Notes under the pieces: generated by a model
Told to the model about the DNA's origin: nothing
The model's input: the letters and a program-made list of their open reading frames with translations, nothing else
The model's database searches: none
Shown here: piece after piece, positions 18,229 to 28,272 of the stretch
Layout of the letters: each line of letters starts with the position of its first letter
How positions within the stretch are numbered: position 1 is the first letter of the stretch
Source: Nitrosopumilus sp.
GTDB taxonomy: Archaea > Thermoproteota > Nitrososphaeria > Nitrososphaerales > Nitrosopumilaceae
Reading direction: 5' to 3'
DNA: 64,000 bases
Assembly: GCA_963662625.1 (NCBI GenBank)
Contig: OY759726.1
Coordinates: 1,728,001 to 1,792,000, forward strand
Made by a program: the position numbers and the translations under genes

Positions 18229-19362
18229 TCACCTGCCGATCCCGAACCTCCTTGCCGCCCTCTCAAAGGCGCCCGTGGCGAACTCGACGTCCTTTCCCGA
18301 CAGGCGCGCCGTCACGGATATCCTGAGCCTGGCCGACCCGCGGGGGACAGTGGGGTGCCTTATCGGCTGGACGAAGACGCCGTTGCGGTAGAGGAAGCCG
18401 GCCACCTCGACGGCCCTCCTCTCGTCCCCCACGACCAGCGGGATGATGTGCGTCTCCGACCCCACGTCGTAGCCGGCGTCCCTCAGCCCCCCGGCAAGCG
18501 CCCTGGTGTTCCGGAGCAGCCTCCCCCTGTAGGCCTCCCTGTCCGCGGCGAGCCTCCCCAGCGAGTGCTCCACCAGGAACGACGGCAGCGCGGACGTGTA
18601 GATGAACGGCCTCGACCTGTTCACGCACAGGTCTATGACGTCGGCGCGGGACGCGACGTACCCCCCGAAGGACCCCAGCGCCTTGCTCAGGCTGCTGACG
18701 TACACGTCGATCCTGCCGGCCACGCGCAGCTGGTCCGGGGTCCCCCTGCCGTCCCGCCCGACGGCAAAGTCGCCGTGCGCGTCGTCCAGCACGGTGATGG
18801 CGCCGGCCCCCCGCGCGAGCTCCGTTATCCTCCCCAGCTCCGCATAGTCGCCGTCCATGCTGAACACCCCCTCGGTGACGACGAACTTGTTGCCGGAACC
18901 GCGCCCCAGCTTCCGCTCCAGGTCGCCCATGTCGTTGTGCCCGTACACCTCGATCCTCGCGCCCGAGAGCCTGCACGCGTCCACGATGCTCGCGTGGTTG
19001 AGCTCGTCGCTGAGGATCAGGTCGCCCTTCCCGGCCAGGGCGGGGATGACCCCCGTGTTTGCCATGTACCCGGTCGGGTAGACCAGGCTGCCCCGGAACG
19101 ACTTGTGCCTCGCGAGGCGCCCCTCGAGCTCCCTGTACGACTCGTCGTTCCCGGACACCAGCCTCGAGCTCGACTGCATCTGGCGCGCGCGGCCGGACCC
19201 GGCCGGCATCCCCAGGTAGTCGTTGGAGCACAGGTTCAGCAGCGTCCTCGAGCCGATGGTGATGCGCGCGCCGCGGACGCGGCCGTACCGCATCCTCCTG
19301 TACAGGCCGTCCCGCTTCGCGTCGCGCAGCTGCCCGGCCACGAAGCCGAAGCTAGGCCTCAA
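18229..19362 (-). CDS. bioF: 8-amino-7-oxononanoate synthase
   Basis: NLCSNDYLG, TGYMAN, DELNHASIVD, EGVFSMDGD, DDAH, SLSKALG; adjacent to bioB. Confidence 0.92.
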   Translation of the reverse strand: MRPSFGFVAGQLRDAKRDGLYRRMRYGRVRGARITIGSRTLLNLCSNDYLGMPAGSGRARQMQSSSRLVSGNDESYRELEGRLARHKSFRGSLVYPTGYMANTGVIPALAGKGDLILSDELNHASIVDACRLSGARIEVYGHNDMGDLERKLGRGSGNKFVVTEGVFSMDGDYAELGRITELARGAGAITVLDDAHGDFAVGRDGRGTPDQLRVAGRIDVYVSSLSKALGSFGGYVASRADVIDLCVNRSRPFIYTSALPSFLVEHSLGRLAADREAYRGRLLRNTRALAGGLRDAGYDVGSETHIIPLVVGDERRAVEVAGFLYRNGVFVQPIRHPTVPRGSARLRISVTARLSGKDVEFATGAFERAARRFGIGR

Positions 19363-20332
19363 GCCCCACCTTTCTTATCATCCGCATGTCCCTTTCGGGC
19401 TCGTTGCCGCCCATGGTGAGGTAGCCCGACGTGATGATCCCGTTCGCTCCGCTGCGGAGGAGTTCCTCGCCGGAGTCGTCCAGGGCGGCCTCCCTGCCGC
19501 CGGAGATCTTTATCACGGACCCCGGCAGCAGGAACCTCATCGTCGAGAACATCCTCGTGATCTCCTGCTTCGGGAGCGGCGCCTGCAGCTCGAGCGGGGT
19601 CCCCGGCACGGGCACCAGTATGTTTATCGTGACCTCCTCGGGGCGCAGCGCGGCGATCTCCATGCACAGTTCCAGCCGCTGCCGCCTGGTCTCGCCCAGC
19701 CCTATTATCCCCCCGGTGCAGAGCTCCAGCCCGGCCTCCCTCGCCGTCTTCAGGGTGTCCACCCTGTCCTGGTACGCGTGGGTCGTGCAGATCTCGGCGA
19801 ACTTTGACCGCGCCGTCTCCAGGTTGTGGTTGTAGCGCCTGACGCCCAGCCCCTTGAGCCTCGCGGCCTGCCCGCGCGTCAGGAACCCCAGGCTGCACTC
19901 TATGCCGATGCCCACCCTGCGGTTGACCTCCTCGATGATGCCGCACACCTTCTCAAAGTCCCCCGCGGACGGCTCCCTCCACGCGGCCACCAGGCAGTAC
20001 GACCCGGCGCCCTCGTCCCTTGCCTTCTCGGCCCTCCGCACCACCTCCTCGGGCGGCGGCAGCTGCCACGAGCCGACGCCGGTGTCGAAGAACGCCGACT
20101 GGCCGCAGAACGAGCAGTCCTCGCTGCACCCGTTCTTCTTGATGTTGTTCAGCTGCTCGACGTCGACCCTGTCCCCGTTGACCCTGCGGGTGATCTCGTC
20201 GGCGGCCCCGGCCAGCAGGCCCAGGTCCCCCTCGGGCAGGCAGAACAGCTCCTCGGCCTCCCCGGCGGATATCCCCTCCCCCGAGAGCGCCTTTGCCTGG
20301 CAATGCATGACTAGTCCCAGCACGCTGCCCAT
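19352..20332 (-). CDS. bioB: Biotin synthase (radical SAM)
   Basis: CSEDCSFCGQS, YNHNLET, LCTGGIIGLGE, ISGGRE. Confidence 0.96.
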   Translation of the reverse strand: MGSVLGLVMHCQAKALSGEGISAGEAEELFCLPEGDLGLLAGAADEITRRVNGDRVDVEQLNNIKKNGCSEDCSFCGQSAFFDTGVGSWQLPPPEEVVRRAEKARDEGAGSYCLVAAWREPSAGDFEKVCGIIEEVNRRVGIGIECSLGFLTRGQAARLKGLGVRRYNHNLETARSKFAEICTTHAYQDRVDTLKTAREAGLELCTGGIIGLGETRRQRLELCMEIAALRPEEVTINILVPVPGTPLELQAPLPKQEITRMFSTMRFLLPGSVIKISGGREAALDDSGEELLRSGANGIITSGYLTMGGNEPERDMRMIRKVGLEA

Positions 20333-20397
20333 GACCCCAGTCGGCCGCGCCCGCTAATTAAGACTATTGGAAAGGTTAACCCGCGCGAGCCGGCCGG

Positions 20398-21693
20398 TTA
20401 ACGGCGCTCGCGCGCCGCGGCCCTGACCGTCCGGACCGCCCTGTCCACCAGCATGCCGAGCTCGCCCTCGGAGATGGCAAGCGGCGGAACCAGCATGACG
20501 ATGTTGCCCAGCGTGCGGAGGTATATGCCGTTCTTGCGCCCCAGCTCGTAGATCACCCTGTTGGGCGACCGCCTCGAGCGCGCCGCGGCCGCCCCGCCGG
20601 CCAGCTCTATCCCCATGAGCATCCCCGCGTGCCTCACGTCTGCCACCCCGTCCAGGGACTCGATCTCGGCGCGGCGCTCCCCGAGGACCCTGGACGTCCT
20701 CCGGACCCGCCTGATGAGGCCGTGCCTCTCGTACATCCCCAGGTTCTCGTTTGCCACCGCCGCCGCCAGCGGGTTGCCGGTATACGTGTGCCCGTGGAAC
20801 AGGTGCCTCCGGTCGCCAAAGTCCCCCAGGAACGAGTCGTACACCCTCTTCGTGGCAAGCGTCGCGGCCATGCCGACGTATCCCCCGGTCAGCATCTTCC
20901 CGAACGACACGACGTCCGGCCTGGACCCCTGGGCCGCGTACTCTGCCATGGAGCCCAGCCGCCCCAGCCCCGTGGCCACCTCGTCGAGGACCAGCAGCAC
21001 CCCGTGCCTCCTGCAGATCCTGGAGACCTCCCGCTGGAACCCCTTCGGGTATATGGCGACCCCGCCGGCCACCTGCGCGCCGCTCTCCATCACCAGCGCC
21101 GCGACGGCGTCGTTCCTGCCGAGCTCCGCCTCGATCATGCCCAGGCACTGCTGGGACGAGAGCTCCCTGGGCGCGCCGTACCTGCCGGGAACCGGGAACC
21201 GGATCGTCCCGAACAGGTGGTCCCTGAACCCGCCGAAGAACTCTGGCACGTACCCCACCGACATGGCCCCGAAAGTGTCCCCGTGGTAGCCGTTCTCCAG
21301 CGCCGCGATCGCGGTCCTGCCCCTGCGGCCCTCGTTCCTCCAGTACTGCAGCGCGATCTTGAACGCGACCTCCATCGCCGTCGAGCCGTTGTCAGAAAAG
21401 AACACCCTGTGCATGCCGGGGCTCATCGCGGCAAGCGACGAGGCCAGCCGCTCTGCCGGCTCGTTTGTCAGGTTGAACATCGGGGAGTGCTGCAGCCTCT
21501 CCGCCTGGGCGCGCAGCGCCCGCACGAGCTCGGGCCTGGAGTGGCCCCACACGTTGCACCACATGGACGCCACGGCGTCGATCATCCGGTGCCCGGACGA
21601 GTCCGTCAGCCACATCCCCTTGGCGCTGACTATCCTGTCAAAGGAGCCCCACTCCCCCATCTGGGTGTTTGGGTGCCAGACCGAACTCTCCAA
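20398..21693 (-). CDS. bioA: Adenosylmethionine-8-amino-7-oxononanoate aminotransferase
   Basis: VWHPNTQM, DNGSTAMEVAFK, YHGDTFGAMS, DEVATGLGR, GKMLTGG, HGHTYTGNP; TTG start 21693 assumed. Confidence 0.95.
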   Translation of the reverse strand: MESSVWHPNTQMGEWGSFDRIVSAKGMWLTDSSGHRMIDAVASMWCNVWGHSRPELVRALRAQAERLQHSPMFNLTNEPAERLASSLAAMSPGMHRVFFSDNGSTAMEVAFKIALQYWRNEGRRGRTAIAALENGYHGDTFGAMSVGYVPEFFGGFRDHLFGTIRFPVPGRYGAPRELSSQQCLGMIEAELGRNDAVAALVMESGAQVAGGVAIYPKGFQREVSRICRRHGVLLVLDEVATGLGRLGSMAEYAAQGSRPDVVSFGKMLTGGYVGMAATLATKRVYDSFLGDFGDRRHLFHGHTYTGNPLAAAVANENLGMYERHGLIRRVRRTSRVLGERRAEIESLDGVADVRHAGMLMGIELAGGAAAARSRRSPNRVIYELGRKNGIYLRTLGNIVMLVPPLAISEGELGMLVDRAVRTVRAAARERR

Positions 21694-21828
21694 CTGGTTC
21701 CGTACGCCGGCTGATCTTAATAACCAACCGGTGGCCCGGGCGGCGCCCGGGGGCCGCCCGGCGGGCCGGGGGCGCGGGCGGGACACGCGGTTCCGGACTT
21801 ATATAACATGGGGCCGGAGTCATGCCTG

Positions 21829-22134
21829 ATGGGCAAGTCCGGAAAGGCTGCAGAGTCCGACGACCTGGAATGGGCGTCATACATGCCGGTCAAGTACAGG
21901 ATCCTCATACGCTTCAAGTACCGGGACATCCTGCTGACCGCCGAGCGCGTCGAAAGGGAGATGCCCCCGGAATTCGGGATCCCTATAGCGGAGCTGCTGC
22001 GGAAGAAGGCCGAGACGATAAAGGCGCTGGCCACCAACGGCTTTACCGACTGGAGCGACTGGGATCGCCTCGCCCTGGACATAAAGCCCCCGGGAAGGTG
22101 GCGCAGCCTGCGGCAGAGGCTGCTGGGGTACTAG
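21829..22134 (+). CDS. Hypothetical protein
   Basis: TTATATAA at 21799-21806 precedes MGKSGK...; normal codon usage. Confidence 0.6.
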   Translation: MGKSGKAAESDDLEWASYMPVKYRILIRFKYRDILLTAERVEREMPPEFGIPIAELLRKKAETIKALATNGFTDWSDWDRLALDIKPPGRWRSLRQRLLGY

Positions 22135-22170
22135 CCCGGCGTGGTTCTGCCACGCGGGTGCGTGGTACTA

Positions 22171-22445
22171 GAGTGGCGCTCACAGATAATTTCCCCCTGA
22201 GAGGGGGCACTGCAGAAAAGCCTGCTGATCGCCGGATCGCCTAACCGCCCACGGGCGAGACCGGCAGGAAACTGCGGTACCTGACGTGGGCCATGCGCGC
22301 AGGGAGGGACACCAGGATCCGCAACAGGATGATGGCAGTGCGCGGGGTGCTAGGCGGATACCCCGCGGGGGACGCCGCGTGCCTTACAGACGTGGAACGG
22401 CGCACCGTCCGCCCGTGGGCTGGACGGAGCCGGGCGCGGCGCCCT
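22171..22445 (+). pseudogene. 5' fragment of an IS630-like transposase (HTH region)
   Basis: RDTRIRNRMMAVRGVLGG....AACLTDVERRTVRPW resembles an IS630 OrfA N-terminus; possible end TA|GAGTGGCGCTCACAGATAATT at 22169. Confidence 0.55.
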
Positions 22446-22931
22446 CCGACCCCCCCCCCCGGCAGCGCGGCCCATGGCCCGGCCGAGGAAGAAGGCCGGC
22501 AGGGCGGGCGTGACAATACCGGCGGACCTGCCCCGGGGCGGGTACGCCGCGGCGTGCCACGTCCCGGACGGGGGGACCGCGCAGGAGGGGACGCGCTTCA
22601 GGGACCCGGCGCGCGTGATACTCACGCAAGGGCGGGCCAGGATCCCCGGGGCGCCGTTCTCGCGGGCGTACGTGCGGGAGCTGCGTGGGTTGGGGGACCG
22701 GGTGCCCGGCAGGCACGCGGGCGGGTACAGTGGGGCCGTCACGTCCTACAGGCCCTCCGCGTACGGGAGATCCGGCCCCGGGGGCGCCACCGGCCGTGCC
22801 GGGCCCGCGGGCCGCGGGAGCTACGGCGCGCAGTGGAGAGGAAGGGGCTGCGGCGCGCGCCGTGGAGCCGGTAGCAGTCCCGGGCAGGCACTCGGCGCAT
22901 GTGCGCCGCGCTTCCTGGCCGTGGATGCGTA

Positions 22932-24054
22932 GTGATCACATTAGATAATCGCTCATCTTGGCGGCCTTGATCTCCCCCGTGCATGGCATCGTCCCTACTG
23001 GTTCCTTCATCTCGTCGGCCGACCCGCACGGCCCGTTGGCGGCGTGCAGCCCCGTGTTGCGCCACTGTCCCCCTGCCGGGCTGGGGTCTGGCGCGTGGGC
23101 GGGAAAGTGCCCGGGCACGACGTCCCCGCCGTGGCCCCTGACGGCTCCCGTCACCTTGCGCGACTTGTGGCAGCCCGCGTTGTCCGCAAGGACGGGCACC
23201 TTCCCGAACTTCCTGCGGAGCCTGCCGGGAAAGTCCGAGAAGATGTCCCCGTTTGCCCTGTAGCAGGACGAGAGGCGGAACCCGTCCCGGCGCGGCGCGC
23301 CAAGCGGGCAGGACCCCTGCCCCGGCAGCGCGGGCGGGGCCGTGGCCCCGGCGCCCCGGGGCGCCCGCGCCCTCTTCTGCACCAGCCCGGTCACGTGGGA
23401 CGCCCCGTCCTGGGCGACGACGGCGTACCCCCCGGGGAGCAGTGCGAGACGACGCGCCTTGCTTTTTTTCAAGCTCCCTCCGCCCTGGTCCCGGGGCCGG
23501 CTTGGGGTGCCTGGGCCGGGGGGCCTGCCCCGGGGAGCCGATCCTGCGCGGCGCCTCGCGTGTCCACGGCGTCCCGTGCCGCGCCCCGAACCTCCTCTCC
23601 ATGCGGGCCGCCAGGAGGCGGGCGGCCCGCGGGCCAGACCCGAACCCGAACCCCTGCGGGCCCGCGAGGAGGTCTTTCCCGGGCTGCCCCGGCTGCGGCC
23701 CGCCCGGCTTCGGTGGGGCGCCGGGCCTCCTCTCGCCGTGCCTGCCGCGGGTCCCCGTCTGCATGGCGCGCACGGGCCACCCGCGCACCGTGTAGGGCCG
23801 GTCCGGCGCCCCGCCTGCCGGGCGCATGGGCGCGCCCCCCTTGCGCATGACGTGCGCGGGCAGCCGCGCGCGTGCCTTTGGATCCTTTTCCGTCCTGTGG
23901 ATCTTCCCGGGGTACCCAGCCCCGGTCTTGGGAAGGAACACCCTACCTGTTGGCATGATGATGTCTTTCATGTGTAGCGTCAGGCTTGCCGCGATCCGGG
24001 CCTTTCGGCCTGGTATCGTTGGCTGTTTTGTGGGCGATTATTAGTTGGGATTAC
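22932..24054 (-). mobile_element. Degenerate IS630-family element (about 1.12 kb) with imperfect TIRs and duplicated TA
   Basis: Ends TAGTGATCACATTAGATAATCGCTC and reverse complement TAGTAATCCCAACTAATAATCGCCC (18/25); OrfA to ...PRPRHPK...ELEKK, A7G frameshift site, OrfB with QDGAS, ADNAGCHKS, HAPDPSPAGGQW. Confidence 0.88.
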
Positions 24055-24232
24055 TACGCAACCTGCCGTTCGGGCACGGGGACACCGGGGGCACCGCGCC
24101 TGCCCCAGTGGCGGGCAGGCTGCAGGCTCTGCTGCCCCACCCGTCCACGTTCCCGGGGCACGGGGGGCTGGGCCCACGAACAGCACTCCCTGACAAAATA
24201 ATTATTTATAAGGCACCTGTAGAATTGATCAC

Positions 24233-24514
24233 ATGATGTCGGCCATGCCACAAGGACAGCTGACTAGCTTGTCTAACGTCTCTGAACATGGCTCAAGTAC
24301 ATCCCAGACCGATACACCTGAAGCTGAAATCTATCACGTAAAGTTAGCGCAAGACGAAGACGGACGCTTTGTGGCCACGGTTCCTGAATTACAGGGGGCG
24401 GTTTCTGACGGTGCGACGAAGGATGAGGCAATAACCAATGTTCACGAAGCGGTTGAAGCCATGTTGGAGTCGCGGGGGCAGCAAAAAGTGTTTATGTTGA
24501 TTGCTGCCGGATAA
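24233..24514 (+). CDS. hicB: HicB-family antitoxin (short form, no obvious DNA-binding domain)
   Basis: DEDGRFVATVPELQGAVSDGATKDEAITNVHEAVE; low-GC segment. Confidence 0.88.
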   Translation: MMSAMPQGQLTSLSNVSEHGSSTSQTDTPEAEIYHVKLAQDEDGRFVATVPELQGAVSDGATKDEAITNVHEAVEAMLESRGQQKVFMLIAAG

Positions 24515-24519
24515 CTCAT

Positions 24520-24746
24520 GTGACAAAATTCCCAGCAATTTCTTCGAATGATTTAATCAAGTTTTTAGCCACATTAGGTTATCAACACGATCACCAAAAG
24601 GGCGATCATGTTATTTTAAAAAAGACGGTTTCAGGAGACTTTCGGTTCCTCGACGCAAAGAGGTAGGCAAAGGACTACTCTCAACAATTCTAGCAGAGGT
24701 ACAAAGTAGCAAAGATGATCTCCTTTCTTGGCGGAATGGTGAATAA
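24520..24746 (+). pseudogene. hicA: HicA-family mRNA interferase, frameshifted at TTTTAAAAAAG
   Basis: MTKFPAISSNDLIKFLATLGYQHDHQKGDHVILKK then, in the -1 frame, DGFRRLSVPRRKEVGKGLLSTILAEVQSSKDDLLSW. Confidence 0.8.
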
Positions 24747-24783
24747 GCATAGCACATATAGGCAACATTCTGGCGATACAGTC

Positions 24784-25238
24784 ATGATCCCAGAAGAAGA
24801 AATTAAAAAAAATTAGTTGACATGGGATATATTCTAGCAAAGCCAAGAGTGTTGTATCCCAGTTATTACAAACTAACTGACGGAACCATAGTTAGAGCAC
24901 TAATTAATGTCCATCATTTGGTTTTGGACCCTCAAACACCTCAAGGATTTACCGTGAATTCTACAAACTTAATAAGTGCGTTCGTACCAAAAGAAAAAAG
25001 ACGCCCGGAGTTGTTCCAGCACTTCGATCCGGCAGAATTGATGAAAGATCCTGTAGATGAGGACGTTGAGTTTGAAGTACTGCGTGAAAACTTTAGCGTG
25101 TACGATCTCAGCAACGGCATGCTGTTAAGCGTAAAAACTGTTGCAGGCCAAATAGTCAAATCCAGATATCATACGCGAGAGGGAGAACCAATATACAATA
25201 TCGGCACCAGCCCAATCCTCAAAACTAAAAAGCCCTAG
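24784..25238 (+). CDS. Hypothetical protein with internally duplicated Y.L.(D/N)G motif; N-terminus possibly split at an A8 run
   Basis: Track ORF 24822-25238 (YYKLTDGTIV / VYDLSNGMLLSVK...EGEPIYNI); upstream MIPEEEIKK joins LVDMGY with one extra A. Confidence 0.7.
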
Positions 25239-25485
25239 TCATCGGCGAAAAAACCACCCCTGCGTCCTTGGATGCAAGTTGCCCACGGGGGCAAAAACCC
25301 GCATTTTTTGGCCTTCGCATAATGAAAGAAAAGGATACCGGTACGCCTGCCGGCCGCCTCGCCGCGGACCGGCTTTCTGGCCCAGCATCCCCGTGCGGGC
25401 CCGGGCCCGCGGTGGCGCGCCGTCCGCGCGCGGCGCCCCGGCCCCCCACCGACGGGTTAATCAACCAAGCGGCCCACACCACCGT

Positions 25486-26193
25486 ATGGACTCGCTGTTT
25501 GTCACCGGGACGGACACCGACGTGGGCAAGACGTACGTGGCGGCGGGGCTGGCCGCTGCGGCACGCATGATGGGCGCCGACGTGGGCGTCATGAAGCCGT
25601 TTGCCGCCGGCTCCGCCGGGCGGGGCAGGTACGCGTCGGACGACGCGGGGATCCTGTCGGAGGCCGCCGGGTCGGACGATCCCGAGTCCCTGGTGAACCC
25701 CCAGTTCTTCCCGATCCCCGCGTCGCCGTACACCGCGTGGAAGCGCCTGAAGACGAGGCCGAGGGTCAGGACCGTCCTGTCCCGCTTCAGGAGGCTGCAG
25801 AAGATGCACCAGGTGGTGGTCGTGGAGGGGATGGGCGGGGTCATGACTCCCATCCTGGGGGACTATTACGTCGCGGACCTGATCAGGGACATGGGCATCC
25901 CTGCGGTGGTCGTGGCGGGCAGCAGGATAGGCACCGTCAACCACACCGTCATGACCTGCCACGCGTGCAGGGAGCGCGGGATCCCGCTGAGGGGGATAGT
26001 AATCAACGCGTTCGGCGGGGGCTACCGGGCCGCGGATCTCGCCCGGGACCTGGAGGGCCTAACCGGGGAGAGGGTCGTGGGGACGATCCCCGCCATCAGG
26101 GACCTGGGGGGCCCGTCCCTCTACCGGGCGTTCAGGAGGAACGTGGACCTGGAGGCGCTGCTAGGGGCGCGGATCAGATCCCCAGGATCCTGA
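25486..26193 (+). CDS. bioD: Dethiobiotin synthase
   Basis: LFVTGTDTDVGKT, GVMKP, VEGMGG, RIGTVNHT. Confidence 0.95.
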   Translation: MDSLFVTGTDTDVGKTYVAAGLAAAARMMGADVGVMKPFAAGSAGRGRYASDDAGILSEAAGSDDPESLVNPQFFPIPASPYTAWKRLKTRPRVRTVLSRFRRLQKMHQVVVVEGMGGVMTPILGDYYVADLIRDMGIPAVVVAGSRIGTVNHTVMTCHACRERGIPLRGIVINAFGGGYRAADLARDLEGLTGERVVGTIPAIRDLGGPSLYRAFRRNVDLEALLGARIRSPGS

Positions 26194-26719
26194 ACCCCCC
26201 GTGGCCGTGCTCGGCCGCGAACCGCGCGATGTCGTCGGCGATGCCGCGGAAGGAGCCGCCGTCGGCAGAGACGACGTACGTCCTGCACCCCAGCCCCATG
26301 TCCCCGGGCAGCACCGCCCAGATGTTCCTCGCCTCCGGCTGCGCCCGCCGCAGCAGCTCCATCCTTCCGGCCGCGGCGCCCCTGTCGCGGTCGGCTGGGA
26401 TGAACAGCACTAGCGCCCTGCCGGGATCGGCCCCCAGCGTCTTCAGGTCGGGCACGACGACGTCTATCTCCGCCCCGCGGAACTCCACCTTCCTCTGGCT
26501 CGGGATCATCGCGCGGGTGAGGACGTAGTGCAGTATGCCAGTGGCCAGGATCCCGGCGGCCCACCCACCTCCGAGGCGCTCCACGGCGCCGTGGCACCCC
26601 GACACCATGTCGCCGATGGCGTCCCCGAGCCTCCCCCGCGACATCATCCGCGACAGCCTCTCCTCGTTCTCCCCTATGTAGCCAAACAGGAGCTCCTTGG
26701 CCCGGTCCTGGCCCGCCAT
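26174..26719 (-). CDS. Hypothetical protein coupled to HMG-CoA synthase
   Basis: ATG overlaps the upstream stop; GILHYVLT..MIPSQRKV....EIDVVVPD. Confidence 0.7.
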   Translation of the reverse strand: MAGQDRAKELLFGYIGENEERLSRMMSRGRLGDAIGDMVSGCHGAVERLGGGWAAGILATGILHYVLTRAMIPSQRKVEFRGAEIDVVVPDLKTLGADPGRALVLFIPADRDRGAAAGRMELLRRAQPEARNIWAVLPGDMGLGCRTYVVSADGGSFRGIADDIARFAAEHGHGGFRILGI

Positions 26720-28110
26720 CACCCGTTGAAGGCGTACTTCCTCTCGCCCCTCGACTCGTCGTCCGTCTTCACGCCCACCAGGATGAACTCCTTCCTCGGG
26801 TGGAGCAGGGACTGCTCCGGCGTCAGCATGTTCTCGTGGATCCTCTCGTACTCGTCCAGCGTGAGCCGCCTCCGGGGGCCCAGCTCCGCCTCCAGGTTCA
26901 TGTTCTTCACGATGTCCTCGTACTCGGGCCGCACCACGCCGCTGAACACCATGGCGCTGCTGCCGCTGCCGTACGAGCCGAACCCCACGCGCTTCCCGCC
27001 CAGGTCGATCCCCTTCTGGTACTCGAACTCGAGGCTGCTCCGGAACCCCAGGTACAGCGACGCGGTGTAGAGGTTCCCGATCATCTTTGACGCGACGAGC
27101 GAGCTCGCGAGCTTCGCCTCGTAGAACTCCCGGAACTCGGGCGTCTGCGTGAACAGCTTCGTGAACTCGTGGTCCCTGGCCTGGAACTCGTCGTCCCCCA
27201 GCACCGACTCGATCGTGCCGCGCTGGTCCTTCGGGGCCGGCTCCGCTCCGATGTCCGCGGTTATCCCCTCCCACCTCGGGAGCTGCCTCCACTCGTGCCT
27301 CAGCAGGTATGCCAGCGCCTTCCGCCCCATGTTGCTGTACGGCAGGTGCATGTTCAGGTAGTCGATGTGGTCCAGGATGGTCTCGCCGGGGGCCAGCCCG
27401 ATCAGCCCCGAGGCGAGCGCCTTCTTCTTGTACGCCTCGAACGCCTTCCTCACCTGGATCATGTAGAGCAGGTTGGAGTACTGCCCGTGGACTATCGGGG
27501 TCTCCTTCCCGAACGGCCTGTAAAAGTCGTACTCGTCCTTGATCGACGTCGCCGTCGCGCGCGGGTCGAACGCCAGCAGCCTCGGGTCGTCGTTGAGCAG
27601 CATCACCACGGCGCCGGCGCCCTGGGTCATCTCCCCGCTGGATCCGAGGTCGTACTTTGCGATGTCGGAGACCACCACCAGCGCGTGCTGCCCCTCCGAC
27701 TCCCCGGCCCTGATCCAGTTTGCGTTGTCGTAGAGCGCGTATGAGCCGCTGACGCAGGCGAACTTCGTCTCCACCCCCCCGCAGTGCTCGAACGTGCCGT
27801 GGCCGTAGACCTGCTCGAGCATCCCAACCACGTAGGAGTTCATCGCCTTCGACTCGTCAAACGAGGACTCCGTCGAGACGTACAGCCTGCCGATGTCCTC
27901 CGGGGACAGCCCGTTTTTCTGCATTATCTGCAGGCACGCGTTGGCCGCAAGGCACGCGGGATCCTGGTTCGTGTCCACGATTGCCATCTGCGACACCCCC
28001 AGGCCCTTCTGCAGCTTCGCCGGGTCGAGCCCCCGGGCGTCCGCAAAGTCTGCCGCGTCCACGTACAGGCGGGGGATGTATATCGCCATGTCGTCGATTC
28101 CTGCTGCCAT
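26719..28110 (-). CDS. hmgS: Hydroxymethylglutaryl-CoA synthase
   Basis: GIDDMAIYIP, TESSFDESK, KFACVSG, SDIAKY, TQGAGA, HLPY, GNLYTASL, SYGSG. Confidence 0.94.
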   Translation of the reverse strand: MAAGIDDMAIYIPRLYVDAADFADARGLDPAKLQKGLGVSQMAIVDTNQDPACLAANACLQIMQKNGLSPEDIGRLYVSTESSFDESKAMNSYVVGMLEQVYGHGTFEHCGGVETKFACVSGSYALYDNANWIRAGESEGQHALVVVSDIAKYDLGSSGEMTQGAGAVVMLLNDDPRLLAFDPRATATSIKDEYDFYRPFGKETPIVHGQYSNLLYMIQVRKAFEAYKKKALASGLIGLAPGETILDHIDYLNMHLPYSNMGRKALAYLLRHEWRQLPRWEGITADIGAEPAPKDQRGTIESVLGDDEFQARDHEFTKLFTQTPEFREFYEAKLASSLVASKMIGNLYTASLYLGFRSSLEFEYQKGIDLGGKRVGFGSYGSGSSAMVFSGVVRPEYEDIVKNMNLEAELGPRRRLTLDEYERIHENMLTPEQSLLHPRKEFILVGVKTDDESRGERKYAFNG

Positions 28111-28272
28111 CTAGCTTGCCTCTGTCTATTGTCATATAAGGATAATGGGGCGGGCACTATCTCACAATCTGTTGGAATTTTGTCAATCTCCGCCAGGCAC
28201 CCCCTCCTGCGCGCGGATCCGGCCGCCGGGGGCCAGACCAATCTAAATAAGCGGGCCCATCCTACAAGACCC

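Noticed and set aside
22171-24054. Diversity-generating retroelement as the source of adenine mutations
   Set aside because: No reverse transcriptase or TR/VR pair is visible, and changes occur as both A>G and T>C on the same strand rather than A>N on one strand.
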